A stretch of DNA of 64,000 nucleotides from an uncultured Flavobacteriaceae bacterium (GTDB taxonomy: Bacteria > Bacteroidota > Bacteroidia > Flavobacteriales > Flavobacteriaceae), in the NCBI GenBank assembly GCA_938029725.1, contig CALHGE010000027.1:8592-72591 (forward strand), given 5' to 3'. The translations under genes were made by a program, and so were the position numbers. The notes below the pieces were generated by a model. The model made no database searches, was not told the origin of the DNA, and saw only the letters and a list, made by a program, of their open reading frames with translations. Positions 37,834 through 46,880 of the stretch are shown one piece after another; position 1 is the first letter of the stretch, and the number at the start of each line of letters is the position of its first letter.

Positions 37834-38811
37834 TTAGAGCTCAAAATATTGTTTCATCTGTGCAATATTAAAGCCGTTTTTTATCACGGTTTTAGAAGGC
37901 TCACTTTCCAGATTCAATAAGCCATTGGTGTGATTGAAATGAATAAAATATATTTTCTTTTTTTCTATGGAAGGAAGCTTTTCAAATAGCGCCATACTCT
38001 CAACCACAAAAGGGTGCGGTATTTGTGAAATATCTCTTGTATTCAATTCATTTCCGTCATAAAAACTGGCATCTAGAAAGGCATAATCCACTGTTTTGAT
38101 AAGACTAGTGATGTTCGTTTTCCAATTCTCCCACTTGTCAATATCGGGTATAAATAAGGCAATTTTATTAGGGCCGATTATTTTATAGCCTACGGTTTCA
38201 GAGAATTCGTCGCGGTGCGGCACTTGCAAAGGCACAACCCTTAGCTGTGTTGTGAGCGTAACTTCTGTTTTGTTTTCAATACGGTGTAGTTCAATATTTT
38301 TATTAGAAACCAATTGGCTCCAAGGGCCATTTTGTGTTAAAAAAGCCTTCATTTTTGGCATCACGTAAGTGGTAACGCTTTGCGCATTGGTAGCTTCTTT
38401 CCCCAAATACATTAGGCCTGAATAATGTCCGATATGGGCATGCGTTAGAAAAATGCCGTTTGGTAATTCAGGGGCTTCCCAAGAAGCGCTTCTTTTCAGA
38501 AGCTTCGCTTGCTCTGAAATGTCTGGTGTAGCATCAAAGAGAAATGTTTGCTTATTTTTATGGTCAATCACTCCCAAGGAAACAACTTTTCTAGAAGGTT
38601 TTGGTTTTTCAAATAAATCTGCACAACAGCTTTTTTTACAAGCAATATGCGGCGAGCCGGCGTCTTGAACTGTGCCTAAAATAACCAGAGAAACTCCTTT
38701 CCCCTTTTTTAAAGGAACTGAATTTTTGATAGGCTCGGCAAGATCCTTGACGGGCTCTTTGCAATTCAGCATAAGAACAAAAATCAATATGATATGAGTA
38801 GGTAATTTCAA
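37834..38811 (-). CDS. MBL-fold metallo-hydrolase, PqqB-like
   Basis: 325 aa with a signal peptide. LGTVQDAGSPHIACKKSCC resembles the Cys-rich N-terminal motif of PqqB-type proteins. It also has THAHIGHYSG (HxHxxH-type metal site). No other pqq genes are in the window. Confidence 0.7.
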   Translation of the reverse strand: MKLPTHIILIFVLMLNCKEPVKDLAEPIKNSVPLKKGKGVSLVILGTVQDAGSPHIACKKSCCADLFEKPKPSRKVVSLGVIDHKNKQTFLFDATPDISEQAKLLKRSASWEAPELPNGIFLTHAHIGHYSGLMYLGKEATNAQSVTTYVMPKMKAFLTQNGPWSQLVSNKNIELHRIENKTEVTLTTQLRVVPLQVPHRDEFSETVGYKIIGPNKIALFIPDIDKWENWKTNITSLIKTVDYAFLDASFYDGNELNTRDISQIPHPFVVESMALFEKLPSIEKKKIYFIHFNHTNGLLNLESEPSKTVIKNGFNIAQMKQYFEL

Positions 38812-38813
38812 AA

Positions 38814-40316
38814 CTAGTTAGCAATTAGAAATTGGCGAATATCTTTAGAGAGTTTCATTAAATCAGGTTGATGGGTATACATCATATGCCCTGCTTCGTA
38901 GTATTTCATTTCAACACGTTCTGTAACAATACCGTTGCGAGCAAAGGTGTATTCTGCATCGAAAAATGGAGTAATCAAGTCATAATACCCACTAGCGACC
39001 AAGACCTTCATTGCCGGGTTGCGTCGCATGGTTTCACCAAGATGGGGCGCTGTATTCACCGGCATAGGTTCCCAATATTTACCATCAGGCACTGTTCTCC
39101 ATCGCCAATTGCTTCCTCCGCCAGAAGTGATGTAAGGCCTATCCATTTTTATCTGAAGTTCTGAGGCAAAATAATGGTTTAATGAAGCAGTATAAGCCGA
39201 GCTGATTTGATAGCTTGCTGCATCACCTAAATGTGGGCCTTCAGAAAATTTATCCGCTTCATCGCCCATAAATCGCCCATCTAATCGACCAATAGCAAGG
39301 CCTTTATCTTCCAATAATTTCTTTTGAAAACGCGCCATTAATATTCGAAGATTGGAATGTAAAATATAGGTTTTATCTAGCCCTGTGAAATAGCTCAATT
39401 TTTCTGCAATTGCCTGTGTTTCGGATTCGCTTAGTAGATTTCCTTTATACAATGCTGGGGTATATATTTCATAGGTGAACTTTCTACATTCTTCAACAAA
39501 ATCTTTTAAGGTTTTTCCTTGGCCAGCCTTTTTATGATACCAAGCGGTAGCACTCATACTAGGCAGGTAAGTGATGTAAGAGGTCATGTTGTGATGAACT
39601 GAGGTAGACCCAGCATAATCGAGTGCCTGAGAAATTAGAATCATTCCGTTTAGGGCCATATTTTGTCCAGATTCTTCTAGTGTTTTTCCTAAATATGCAG
39701 CACGAGTGGTTCCGTAACTTTCACCAGCCAGATATTTAGGGGAGAACCAACGTTCGTTTTCAGTGACCCATTTACGTATGAATTGTGCAAAAGAATCAAC
39801 ATCTTCTTTTAAGCCATAAAAATCTTTACCCTTACCTTTCCCTACCAACCTACTATAGCCTGTGCCCACAGGGTCTATGAATACAAGATCGGTTACATCA
39901 AGTAGGCCATGTTCGTTTTCTACAAGGCTATACGGAGCCGCACCATCGTCTTTTTTCGCATCAGAATCTACTTTCACCAATTTTGGCCCGAAAAAACCCA
40001 TGTGCAACCACATAGAGGCAGAACCGGGTCCGCCATTAAAAACAAAGGTTACGGGTCTTTTACCTACAGCTCCCATCTGGCTTTTCGTATAGGCAATTGA
40101 CCAAAGAGAAGCAATTGAATCACCCTCTTTATTCACGAGAAAAGTTTCTTTCGCCGTTGCCTTATAGCTCACGGTTTTGCCGCCAAATATGCCTTGATGC
40201 GATGTTACAAATGATGTGGCTTTTGGAATAGTTTTGATTTCTTCTTTTTGCTCTTTTTGGCCATTTAGAACAACGGAACCAATCAAAAACACGGCGACTA
40301 TTCCCTTTTTTATCAT
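38814..40316 (-). CDS. S10-family serine carboxypeptidase-like peptidase
   Basis: 500 aa with a signal peptide. FNGGPGSASMWLHMG and YLAGESYGTTR (GESYG nucleophile motif) are characteristic of serine carboxypeptidases. The stop lies 2 nt before the downstream MBL gene start. Confidence 0.8.
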   Translation of the reverse strand: MIKKGIVAVFLIGSVVLNGQKEQKEEIKTIPKATSFVTSHQGIFGGKTVSYKATAKETFLVNKEGDSIASLWSIAYTKSQMGAVGKRPVTFVFNGGPGSASMWLHMGFFGPKLVKVDSDAKKDDGAAPYSLVENEHGLLDVTDLVFIDPVGTGYSRLVGKGKGKDFYGLKEDVDSFAQFIRKWVTENERWFSPKYLAGESYGTTRAAYLGKTLEESGQNMALNGMILISQALDYAGSTSVHHNMTSYITYLPSMSATAWYHKKAGQGKTLKDFVEECRKFTYEIYTPALYKGNLLSESETQAIAEKLSYFTGLDKTYILHSNLRILMARFQKKLLEDKGLAIGRLDGRFMGDEADKFSEGPHLGDAASYQISSAYTASLNHYFASELQIKMDRPYITSGGGSNWRWRTVPDGKYWEPMPVNTAPHLGETMRRNPAMKVLVASGYYDLITPFFDAEYTFARNGIVTERVEMKYYEAGHMMYTHQPDLMKLSKDIRQFLIAN

Positions 40317-40661
40317 TTTTATTTATTTTTAGGTTCTTAAATATAGGGCTAACAAGTTGTTTTTTGTCATTTCAAACAGAAATTGAGAATTTTATACCTC
40401 CTGATTTGGAATTCCGTAAATTGTTCAAGACTAGCTAATAAACCACTAATAATGTCACAGCTCACGTTTCTAAGCTTCTTTTTATTTGGATGTATTCCGT
40501 GTTTAGACAGAAGGGCTTTTGGCCCTAAGGTCTTTCTGAAGATGTAATTATGCTGATCAATTAATTTTTGTGCGCTTTGACTTTTTGGTATAGCATCTAT
40601 TTCTTAGGCAAACAAAAGGTGCATTTTAGGTAAAATTAAAATAGTAAATACACTCATATTT

Positions 40662-41525
40662 ATGAAATCAGCTACAAAGGTCATCATCTCGGCGCTACTA
40701 TATATGTGGATATTCACTAATTGCTTGGCACAAACCTCAAGTGATTGGAAAACCCTATTTAACGGAGAAAATCTCGAAGGGTGGACAAGTAAAATTCATC
40801 ATTACGAGGTAGGAGATAATTATGGAGACACATTTCGTGTGGAAGATAGCGTTCTAAAAGTTCGCTATGACAACTATGAAGGGGGTTTTAATGACCGTTT
40901 TGCACACCTGTACTACGATCAACCATATTCCTATTTTCATTTGTCTATGGAATATCGTTTTGTTGGCGAACCACATCCAGGAGCCCCTGTATTCGTTGTT
41001 CAGAATAGTGGTGTCATGTTTCATTCACAAGACCCTAAAACCATGCTGAAGGAACAAAATTGGCCCATATCTGTAGAAATGCAGTTTTTAGGGGGCCTAG
41101 TAGAAGGCAAAGAACGACCAACGGGCAACATGTGTTCCCCTGGTACAGATGTTGAATACGCGGGTAAAATTGATCCAAGACACTGTATCAATTCATCTTC
41201 AAAAACGTATTTTGGCGAACAATGGGTGAAAGCAGAATTGATTGTGCGAGGAGATTCTATAGTTACCCATATCATAAATGGAGAAACCGTTTTGGAATAC
41301 ACCAAGGCAAGAGTGGGTGGAGCGATAGTGGAGGGCTATGACCCTAAAATGAAACCTGACGGACAATTGTTAAAAGAAGGTTTTATCGCCTTACAAAGCG
41401 AAGGTCAGCCCATTGACTTCAGAAATATTAAATTAAAAAATCTAAAGGGATGTATGGACCCCGAGGCCACAAATTATAAAAAACAGTACATCAAAGCAGA
41501 TCTTGATTCATGTATGTATAAATAA
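40662..41525 (+). CDS. DUF1080 (3-keto-disaccharide hydrolase-like) secreted protein
   Basis: 287 aa with a signal peptide. WKTLFNGENLEGWTSK ... GFIALQSEGQPIDFRNIKLKNL are hallmark DUF1080 ends. A short C-terminal GCMDPEATNY...C tail follows. Confidence 0.8.
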   Translation: MKSATKVIISALLYMWIFTNCLAQTSSDWKTLFNGENLEGWTSKIHHYEVGDNYGDTFRVEDSVLKVRYDNYEGGFNDRFAHLYYDQPYSYFHLSMEYRFVGEPHPGAPVFVVQNSGVMFHSQDPKTMLKEQNWPISVEMQFLGGLVEGKERPTGNMCSPGTDVEYAGKIDPRHCINSSSKTYFGEQWVKAELIVRGDSIVTHIINGETVLEYTKARVGGAIVEGYDPKMKPDGQLLKEGFIALQSEGQPIDFRNIKLKNLKGCMDPEATNYKKQYIKADLDSCMYK

Positions 41526-41531
41526 GCAACT

Positions 41532-41954
41532 TCATTTCTCATAAAGTTCTATAGGCAGATTATCTGGATCGCTCAAGAAGGTAAATCTTTTGCCTGTTAG
41601 CTCGTCTGTTCGCAGGGGTTCTGTGAGAATCTCGTTTTCTTGCAAATACGAAATAGCCATCTCAATATCGTTTACATTAAAGGCTAAGTGTCGAAGACCT
41701 TGGGCCTCAGGGCGAGACGGTCTTTGTGGCGGATTAGGAAATGAGAATAATTCTATGACATAGGTTCCATTTAGTGCTAAATCCAATTTGTAAGATTGAC
41801 GAGCCTCTCGATAGGTTTCTTTAATGATGTCTAAGCCTAAAATAGTCACATAAAAATGTTTTGATTTTTCATAATCAGAACAAATAATGGCAATGTGATG
41901 AATGCTGTTAATTTGTATTTTATTCAAGATCTTGTAGCTGTTTTTTGTTTCCAA
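41532..41954 (-). CDS. VOC/glyoxalase-family protein
   Basis: 140 aa. IHHIAIICSDYEKSKHFY..ILG and GLRHLAFNV motifs of the vicinal oxygen chelate fold. Confidence 0.85.
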   Translation of the reverse strand: METKNSYKILNKIQINSIHHIAIICSDYEKSKHFYVTILGLDIIKETYREARQSYKLDLALNGTYVIELFSFPNPPQRPSRPEAQGLRHLAFNVNDIEMAISYLQENEILTEPLRTDELTGKRFTFLSDPDNLPIELYEK

Positions 41955-42393
41955 CCAACGCTCCGTGTATTGGAATACTTTCTTTTTTGAATTTGGGTTC
42001 TTTAAGGCGCACCGTTAACCGCTCGTATTCCCATTCTTTGTTGTTTTTAAAGGCATAGATGTCCAACTTCCCTTTTCCTTTAGCTCCTTTGATGGTCAAG
42101 GCCATGAAAACGCTGTCTAAATTTTTTGAATACGAAATATACCCCTCTAGTAGCGTCAGTTTATCCATAGGTTTTAATGTGCCTAATATATTTTTCACAC
42201 GTTCATTTCTATTGGCAATTGAAATGGCGGAATCGACCAGTTTAGTATCCAAATACCCAATAGCCATATGGGTAACTCCTGTTGTAAAACTTTTTGGGAG
42301 ACTAAAAAACAAGACACTCAATAGCAGTAACATGGAAAATAACCAAATCTTGTTTCGGTAAAGCCAATTTCTGTCAGGTAAGGTCTCGTTCAT
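41920..42393 (-). CDS. hypothetical membrane-anchored protein
   Basis: 157 aa with a single N-terminal TM helix (IWLFSMLLLLSVLFF). No motif recognised. It overlaps the downstream VOC gene by 35 nt. Confidence 0.5.
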   Translation of the reverse strand: MNETLPDRNWLYRNKIWLFSMLLLLSVLFFSLPKSFTTGVTHMAIGYLDTKLVDSAISIANRNERVKNILGTLKPMDKLTLLEGYISYSKNLDSVFMALTIKGAKGKGKLDIYAFKNNKEWEYERLTVRLKEPKFKKESIPIHGALVGNKKQLQDLE

Positions 42394-42447
42394 AGTAATT
42401 TCGATTAAGTTACGGAATTATACATATCTTGTTTGGAAATCAATCGG

Positions 42448-42984
42448 ATGAAAGCTTTATCATGTACACTTTTACTATGCTTCGGAATGGGCTGTGCCAT
42501 GGCACAAAATGACACTATTCCTAAAACGGAATTCACCAGAATGTATTTAGCAGTTTGGACGGAAGCTAAAGAACACTGCCTAGACGTTGCCCAGGCTATG
42601 CCTGAAGACCGATATAGCTATAAGCCAACAGAAGTAAGTAAAAGTTTTGGAGAACAAATGGTGCATATTGCCGCGGCAAATAAGCTATTAACACAGCGCT
42701 ATGTTCAGGGAATGGAGGTAAAACCGAACACACCTGATGCTTCTAAAATGACTAAAACGGAAATTTTAGCTTTGATGGAAGAGAGTTTTGAATATACCAC
42801 TCAAGTGGTGTTAAGCATTAATCAAGAAAAGCTCGATGAAACTTGTAAGATGTATCACAGTGGAAATACGGTAAGTCGTGCCTTTGCCTTATTTTATGTA
42901 CAAGACCATATGGCAAACCATCGTTCGAAATCGAATTTATATTTGCGGATGAATGAGGTGGAGCCACCCGAATATACCTGGTAG
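42448..42984 (+). CDS. DinB-family protein (secreted)
   Basis: The ATG at 42448 gives the signal peptide MKALSCTLLLCFGMGCAMAQ. A four-helix DinB-like pattern with conserved His follows (...QMVHIAAANKLL..., ...DHMANHRSK...). The ORF-track start at 42433 is a TTG five codons upstream. Confidence 0.72.
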   Translation: MKALSCTLLLCFGMGCAMAQNDTIPKTEFTRMYLAVWTEAKEHCLDVAQAMPEDRYSYKPTEVSKSFGEQMVHIAAANKLLTQRYVQGMEVKPNTPDASKMTKTEILALMEESFEYTTQVVLSINQEKLDETCKMYHSGNTVSRAFALFYVQDHMANHRSKSNLYLRMNEVEPPEYTW

Positions 42985-42989
42985 AGAAT

Positions 42990-44618
42990 TTATTTTAAAA
43001 TCGCGTCATACTTCGCGGTATTAGCTAAAAGCTCAGTAGCAGCCAAGATAGCATCATCATTTTTAAGGTAGTATTCATAAAGCCCTTTACGGTAGAAATA
43101 CCGCTTAACGATTTCATCTTCCAGTTTGCTTTGAATCTCTTTTTGGTGGGTACCTAAAGCGATAGTTTTGCTCTTTTCAATGTCTAAGAGCAATGTTTTG
43201 AAATCATCTTCAACGGTAGCGTTAAAAATGACATCTTCTTTAGCAATCATTGCCTCTTTGATCGCTTTTTCAATTTTGGTTTCAAAAGAGAAATCACTTT
43301 GCGAAACGAAGTTTTTAAAGTTCTGAAAATCTGTATCTGAAAACTTAAAATTGCTCACATCCGCTATCTGGTTTTTATAGTAATAGTCGGTCGCAAAGTC
43401 AAAAATCACATTGTTGTTCAACAATGCGGTGGTCAACGGATTTGCTTTTAACGCTGCTACCTCAATATCTGGTAAAACGCCACCACCATCTTCAACTTTT
43501 CTTCCGTTTTTGGTTTTGAATTGATTGAATGTTGTGTTTCGTACCGCTTTGTTATTTTTATCTCTGTTCCAATAATCCAATGATTGAATACATCTGCCTG
43601 ATGGGGTAAAATATCTTGAAATGGTAACTTTCAGTTGTGTTCCATAGGTGAGTCTTAAGGGGCGTTGTACCAAGCCTTTTCCAAAACTTCTGGCTCCCAT
43701 CACTACGGCACGGTCTAAATCTTGTAAGCTACCCGAAACAATTTCACTTGCCGAAGCGCTACTTCCGTTTACCAAAACCACTAATGGAATTTCAGTATCT
43801 ACAGCCTTGTTTTTGGTCTTGTACTCGCGATTGAATTTTTTAACTTTCGACTTGGTAGTTACAATCAACTCTCCTTTGTCAATAAACAAATTAGTAACGT
43901 TGATAGCTTCTGAAAGTAAGCCACCAGGGTTTCCGCGTAAGTCTAAAATTATTTTTTCTGCGCCCCTGCCTTGAAGGTCAATTAAAGCAGCTTTGGTTTG
44001 ACTAGAGGCTTTAGCATTAAACTTTGCTAAAACAATATAACCGGTTTGGTCATCTACCATTTTGTAAAAAGGAACAGCGTCAACTTCCACGGCAGCCCTA
44101 ATTATAGTTGCCGTTTTGGTTTCACCTTGTCGCTTATAAGTAACGCGCACAGAAGTGTTATTAGCCCCTTTTAAAAGCTCGGTTCCGTTGTCGTCAAAAT
44201 CAGCGATGTTTATATCTCCGATTTTAACGATTTGATCACCACCTTTTAATCCAGCCTTATCCGCAGGATAATCTTTGAAGGGCTCAATAATCACCAATTT
44301 ATCTTTGTAGGAGCGAACTGTAGCTCCAATTCCAGAATATTCGCCTGCATTGTTAATTTTATAGGCTTCAACATCTTGCTCGTTTAGAAACTTTGTATAG
44401 GGGTCTAATTCATCTAGCATATTTTTGATGGCGGTATCCATCAATTCAGCTGGATTGGTCTCATCCACATAATTCATGTTTAGTTCTTTAAACAGCGTGG
44501 TGAATATTTCAATTTGCTTTGCGATTTCAAAAAAATCACCCTTGAAACTACTTCCTGTTGCGAGTATAATAACTGCGATAACCGGAATTAAAACTTTCTT
44601 CTTGAGCAATTTATTCAT
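42990..44618 (-). CDS. S41-family C-terminal processing peptidase with PDZ domain
   Basis: 542 aa. PDZ segment (...ADKAGLKGGDQIVKIGD...), LDLRGNPGGLLSEAI, and a catalytic Ser context ...LVNGSSASASEI... The start overlaps the rnpA stop by 8 nt. Confidence 0.9.
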   Translation of the reverse strand: MNKLLKKKVLIPVIAVIILATGSSFKGDFFEIAKQIEIFTTLFKELNMNYVDETNPAELMDTAIKNMLDELDPYTKFLNEQDVEAYKINNAGEYSGIGATVRSYKDKLVIIEPFKDYPADKAGLKGGDQIVKIGDINIADFDDNGTELLKGANNTSVRVTYKRQGETKTATIIRAAVEVDAVPFYKMVDDQTGYIVLAKFNAKASSQTKAALIDLQGRGAEKIILDLRGNPGGLLSEAINVTNLFIDKGELIVTTKSKVKKFNREYKTKNKAVDTEIPLVVLVNGSSASASEIVSGSLQDLDRAVVMGARSFGKGLVQRPLRLTYGTQLKVTISRYFTPSGRCIQSLDYWNRDKNNKAVRNTTFNQFKTKNGRKVEDGGGVLPDIEVAALKANPLTTALLNNNVIFDFATDYYYKNQIADVSNFKFSDTDFQNFKNFVSQSDFSFETKIEKAIKEAMIAKEDVIFNATVEDDFKTLLLDIEKSKTIALGTHQKEIQSKLEDEIVKRYFYRKGLYEYYLKNDDAILAATELLANTAKYDAILK

Positions 44619-44988
44619 CGTTAATTTTCTTTTCGAATTTATGAAGTGCCGCTTTTAGGTTTTTCTCTACAAGAGAATAATCGGGCTCTTTTCTACCAAG
44701 GTATAAAAATAGTAACGCAAAAGAGCCCTTACTATTGTTAAAAACGAGGCCTTTGTTAAGGCGATAACTTTCGCGCATCAAACGTTTGATGCGGTTGCGC
44801 ATGACTGCGCTTTTAAAGTTTTTTTTAGGTACAGTAACTCCGGTTTGAATAGGCACATCATAGGGCAGCTCCGTTTTGAGATAGATCAGCTTGATAGGAT
44901 AGTTTGAAACACTCTTTCCTTCCACAAATAGCTTTTCGATGAGCTTTTTGCTTTTAAGTTTTTCTTTCTTTGGAAAGGATAAGCCCAT
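44611..44988 (-). CDS. rnpA: ribonuclease P protein component
   Basis: MGLSFPKKEKLKSKKLIEKLF.EGKS... and the ...KKNFKSAVMRNRIKRLMRE... RNR motif region. The ATG at 44988 lies 2 nt after the upstream M1 peptidase stop (44991). The ORF-track start at 45021 would overlap that gene. Confidence 0.85.
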   Translation of the reverse strand: MGLSFPKKEKLKSKKLIEKLFVEGKSVSNYPIKLIYLKTELPYDVPIQTGVTVPKKNFKSAVMRNRIKRLMRESYRLNKGLVFNNSKGSFALLFLYLGRKEPDYSLVEKNLKAALHKFEKKINDE

Positions 44989-44990
44989 AT

Positions 44991-46874
44991 CTAATTCTTC
45001 GGCATCGGCTCTGACTGCCACGTGTTATTCTCTTGGTTCACATCTGCCATTAATTGCGACGGATCTATCTTAATAGATTTGATATCTTCTATAGGGCGAT
45101 CAACTTGTATGCTGTAAGATGGATTTGTCCAAGGCCAATCTTCTAGAACGGTTCTTTTCAACTGTGGATACGGGTTTTCTTTTTCGCCACGCATCATCCG
45201 TAAAGGCGCATAAAATGTTTCTTGAGTACCATCAGTATAATCCACTAAAAGATCTATAGGCATAGGCATTAATCCGATGCGCTCTAGGCTTATTTTAGTT
45301 TTCTCTCCGTCTGCTGAAACTTCTTTAACCCCATAGTCGATAGTGTTTGTAGTTTGTGTCCAATCCATTAAATACCAATCCAATTCCATACCCGATACCT
45401 TTTCAGCACTTCTTTTGATATCATTGGGCACAGGATGTTTGAATTTGAAATCAGCATAGTACTTCTGAATAGTTGCCATTAATTTATCTTGGCCAATAAC
45501 ATAGCCTAATTGCGATAAGAAAATAGCTCCTTTGCTATAGGCCGAAATACCGTAGGGCGTATTTGCATCGTAGCGATCAGCATGTGTGGCCTGAGCTTGC
45601 TCTTTTCCAGAATCAACGAGGTAGTAATAGCCTTTGTAAGAGCGCTCAAACGGATTTTCTTTATTTTGCTCTCGAATTTCGTTACTACAAAGTGCCGAAA
45701 TAAAGGAGGTGAAGCCTTCGTCCATCCATTCATGTTTTGCCTCGTTAGTGGCTAGAACATGTTGAAACCAAGAGTGTGCCAATTCATGAATCATGGTGCC
45801 GATTACACTTCCGGGTTTGTCACCACCTGTAATCAAAGTGGCCATAGCATATTCCATTCCACCATCGCCCCCTTGAATAACGGAGTATTGGTCATATGGG
45901 TATTCTCCGATATTCTTGCTGAAAAAACGCATTGCTTTTTCAGTCAAGGGTTGTACTTTGGTCCAAGTATCTTTATATTTTTCATCGTCTTTATATAAGA
46001 AATGAAGGGTTGGACCGTCTTCCATCTGTACGGTATCGTGAACGTATTCAGGATCTGCAGCCCACATAAAGTCGTGTACCATTGGTGCCTTAAAGTGCCA
46101 AGTAAGGGTCTTTCCTTTTTGTTTTTTAATTTTAGTTCCAGCAGTTTCATAGCCATGGCCAATTTCCTGTGGGTTTTGAAGATAACCTGTTCCTCCTACG
46201 GTGTACTTCTTATCAAGAGTCAGTTTTACGTCAAAATCACCCCATACACCGTGAAATTCACGAGCTATATAAGGGTCAGCATGCCATCCTTCGAAATCAT
46301 ATTCCGCCAATTTTGGATACCATTGGCTCATAGAAAGCGCCACTCCGTCTTTATTATTTCTTCCTGAACGACGTATCTGAACAGGTACTTGCCCCTTGAA
46401 ATTCATTTCAAAAGTAGTTTTGCCACCAGGAGGAATTGGTGTTGCCAACGCAACGACCAATACGGTACCTTCTTCACTAAATTTTACGGCTACGCCATCT
46501 TGTTTTAGAGAAGTAGCATGTAAATAACCCATCTCTGTTTCTGTAAGTGTCGCAATTCTGCTTTTCTTCTCGGCGGTAATCATTCTTCCGTCAGGATCAG
46601 CGATGTTTTGTAAACGCATATCCATTTCGCTTCCAGGCTGGAAAGCGTTGAAGTAGAGATGATAATATACCCGGTTTAAAGCTTCCGGAGAATTATTGGT
46701 ATAGACCAATTTTTGGCTTCCCGAATACTGAAAATTTTCCACGTTCATATCCACTTCCATGGTGTAATCAACGTGCTGCTGCCAGTAATTTGTAGTATTC
46801 TGGGCCTTTGTTATTCCTATAGCTCCAAGGAAAATAACGAAATGAACGAAAAGTTTAAGTTTTTTGTTTTCCAT
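44991..46874 (-). CDS. M1-family zinc metallopeptidase (aminopeptidase N-like)
   Basis: 627 aa with a signal peptide. GGMEYAMAT (GxMEN-like), HELAHSWF (HExxH) and WMDEGFTSF (downstream Glu ligand). Confidence 0.88.
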   Translation of the reverse strand: MENKKLKLFVHFVIFLGAIGITKAQNTTNYWQQHVDYTMEVDMNVENFQYSGSQKLVYTNNSPEALNRVYYHLYFNAFQPGSEMDMRLQNIADPDGRMITAEKKSRIATLTETEMGYLHATSLKQDGVAVKFSEEGTVLVVALATPIPPGGKTTFEMNFKGQVPVQIRRSGRNNKDGVALSMSQWYPKLAEYDFEGWHADPYIAREFHGVWGDFDVKLTLDKKYTVGGTGYLQNPQEIGHGYETAGTKIKKQKGKTLTWHFKAPMVHDFMWAADPEYVHDTVQMEDGPTLHFLYKDDEKYKDTWTKVQPLTEKAMRFFSKNIGEYPYDQYSVIQGGDGGMEYAMATLITGGDKPGSVIGTMIHELAHSWFQHVLATNEAKHEWMDEGFTSFISALCSNEIREQNKENPFERSYKGYYYLVDSGKEQAQATHADRYDANTPYGISAYSKGAIFLSQLGYVIGQDKLMATIQKYYADFKFKHPVPNDIKRSAEKVSGMELDWYLMDWTQTTNTIDYGVKEVSADGEKTKISLERIGLMPMPIDLLVDYTDGTQETFYAPLRMMRGEKENPYPQLKRTVLEDWPWTNPSYSIQVDRPIEDIKSIKIDPSQLMADVNQENNTWQSEPMPKN

Positions 46875-46880
46875 GTATCC

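Noticed and set aside
40390-40613. About 75-codon open frame on the minus strand without a start codon (…SQSAQKLIDQHNYIFRKTLGPKALLSKHGIHPNKKKLRNVSCDIISGLLASLEQFTEFQ…) upstream of the S10 peptidase gene. I considered it as a transposase or gene remnant.
   Set aside because: It has no start codon and no motif I can assign to any family, and its length is within chance expectation. A blastx search would be needed before calling it a pseudogene.
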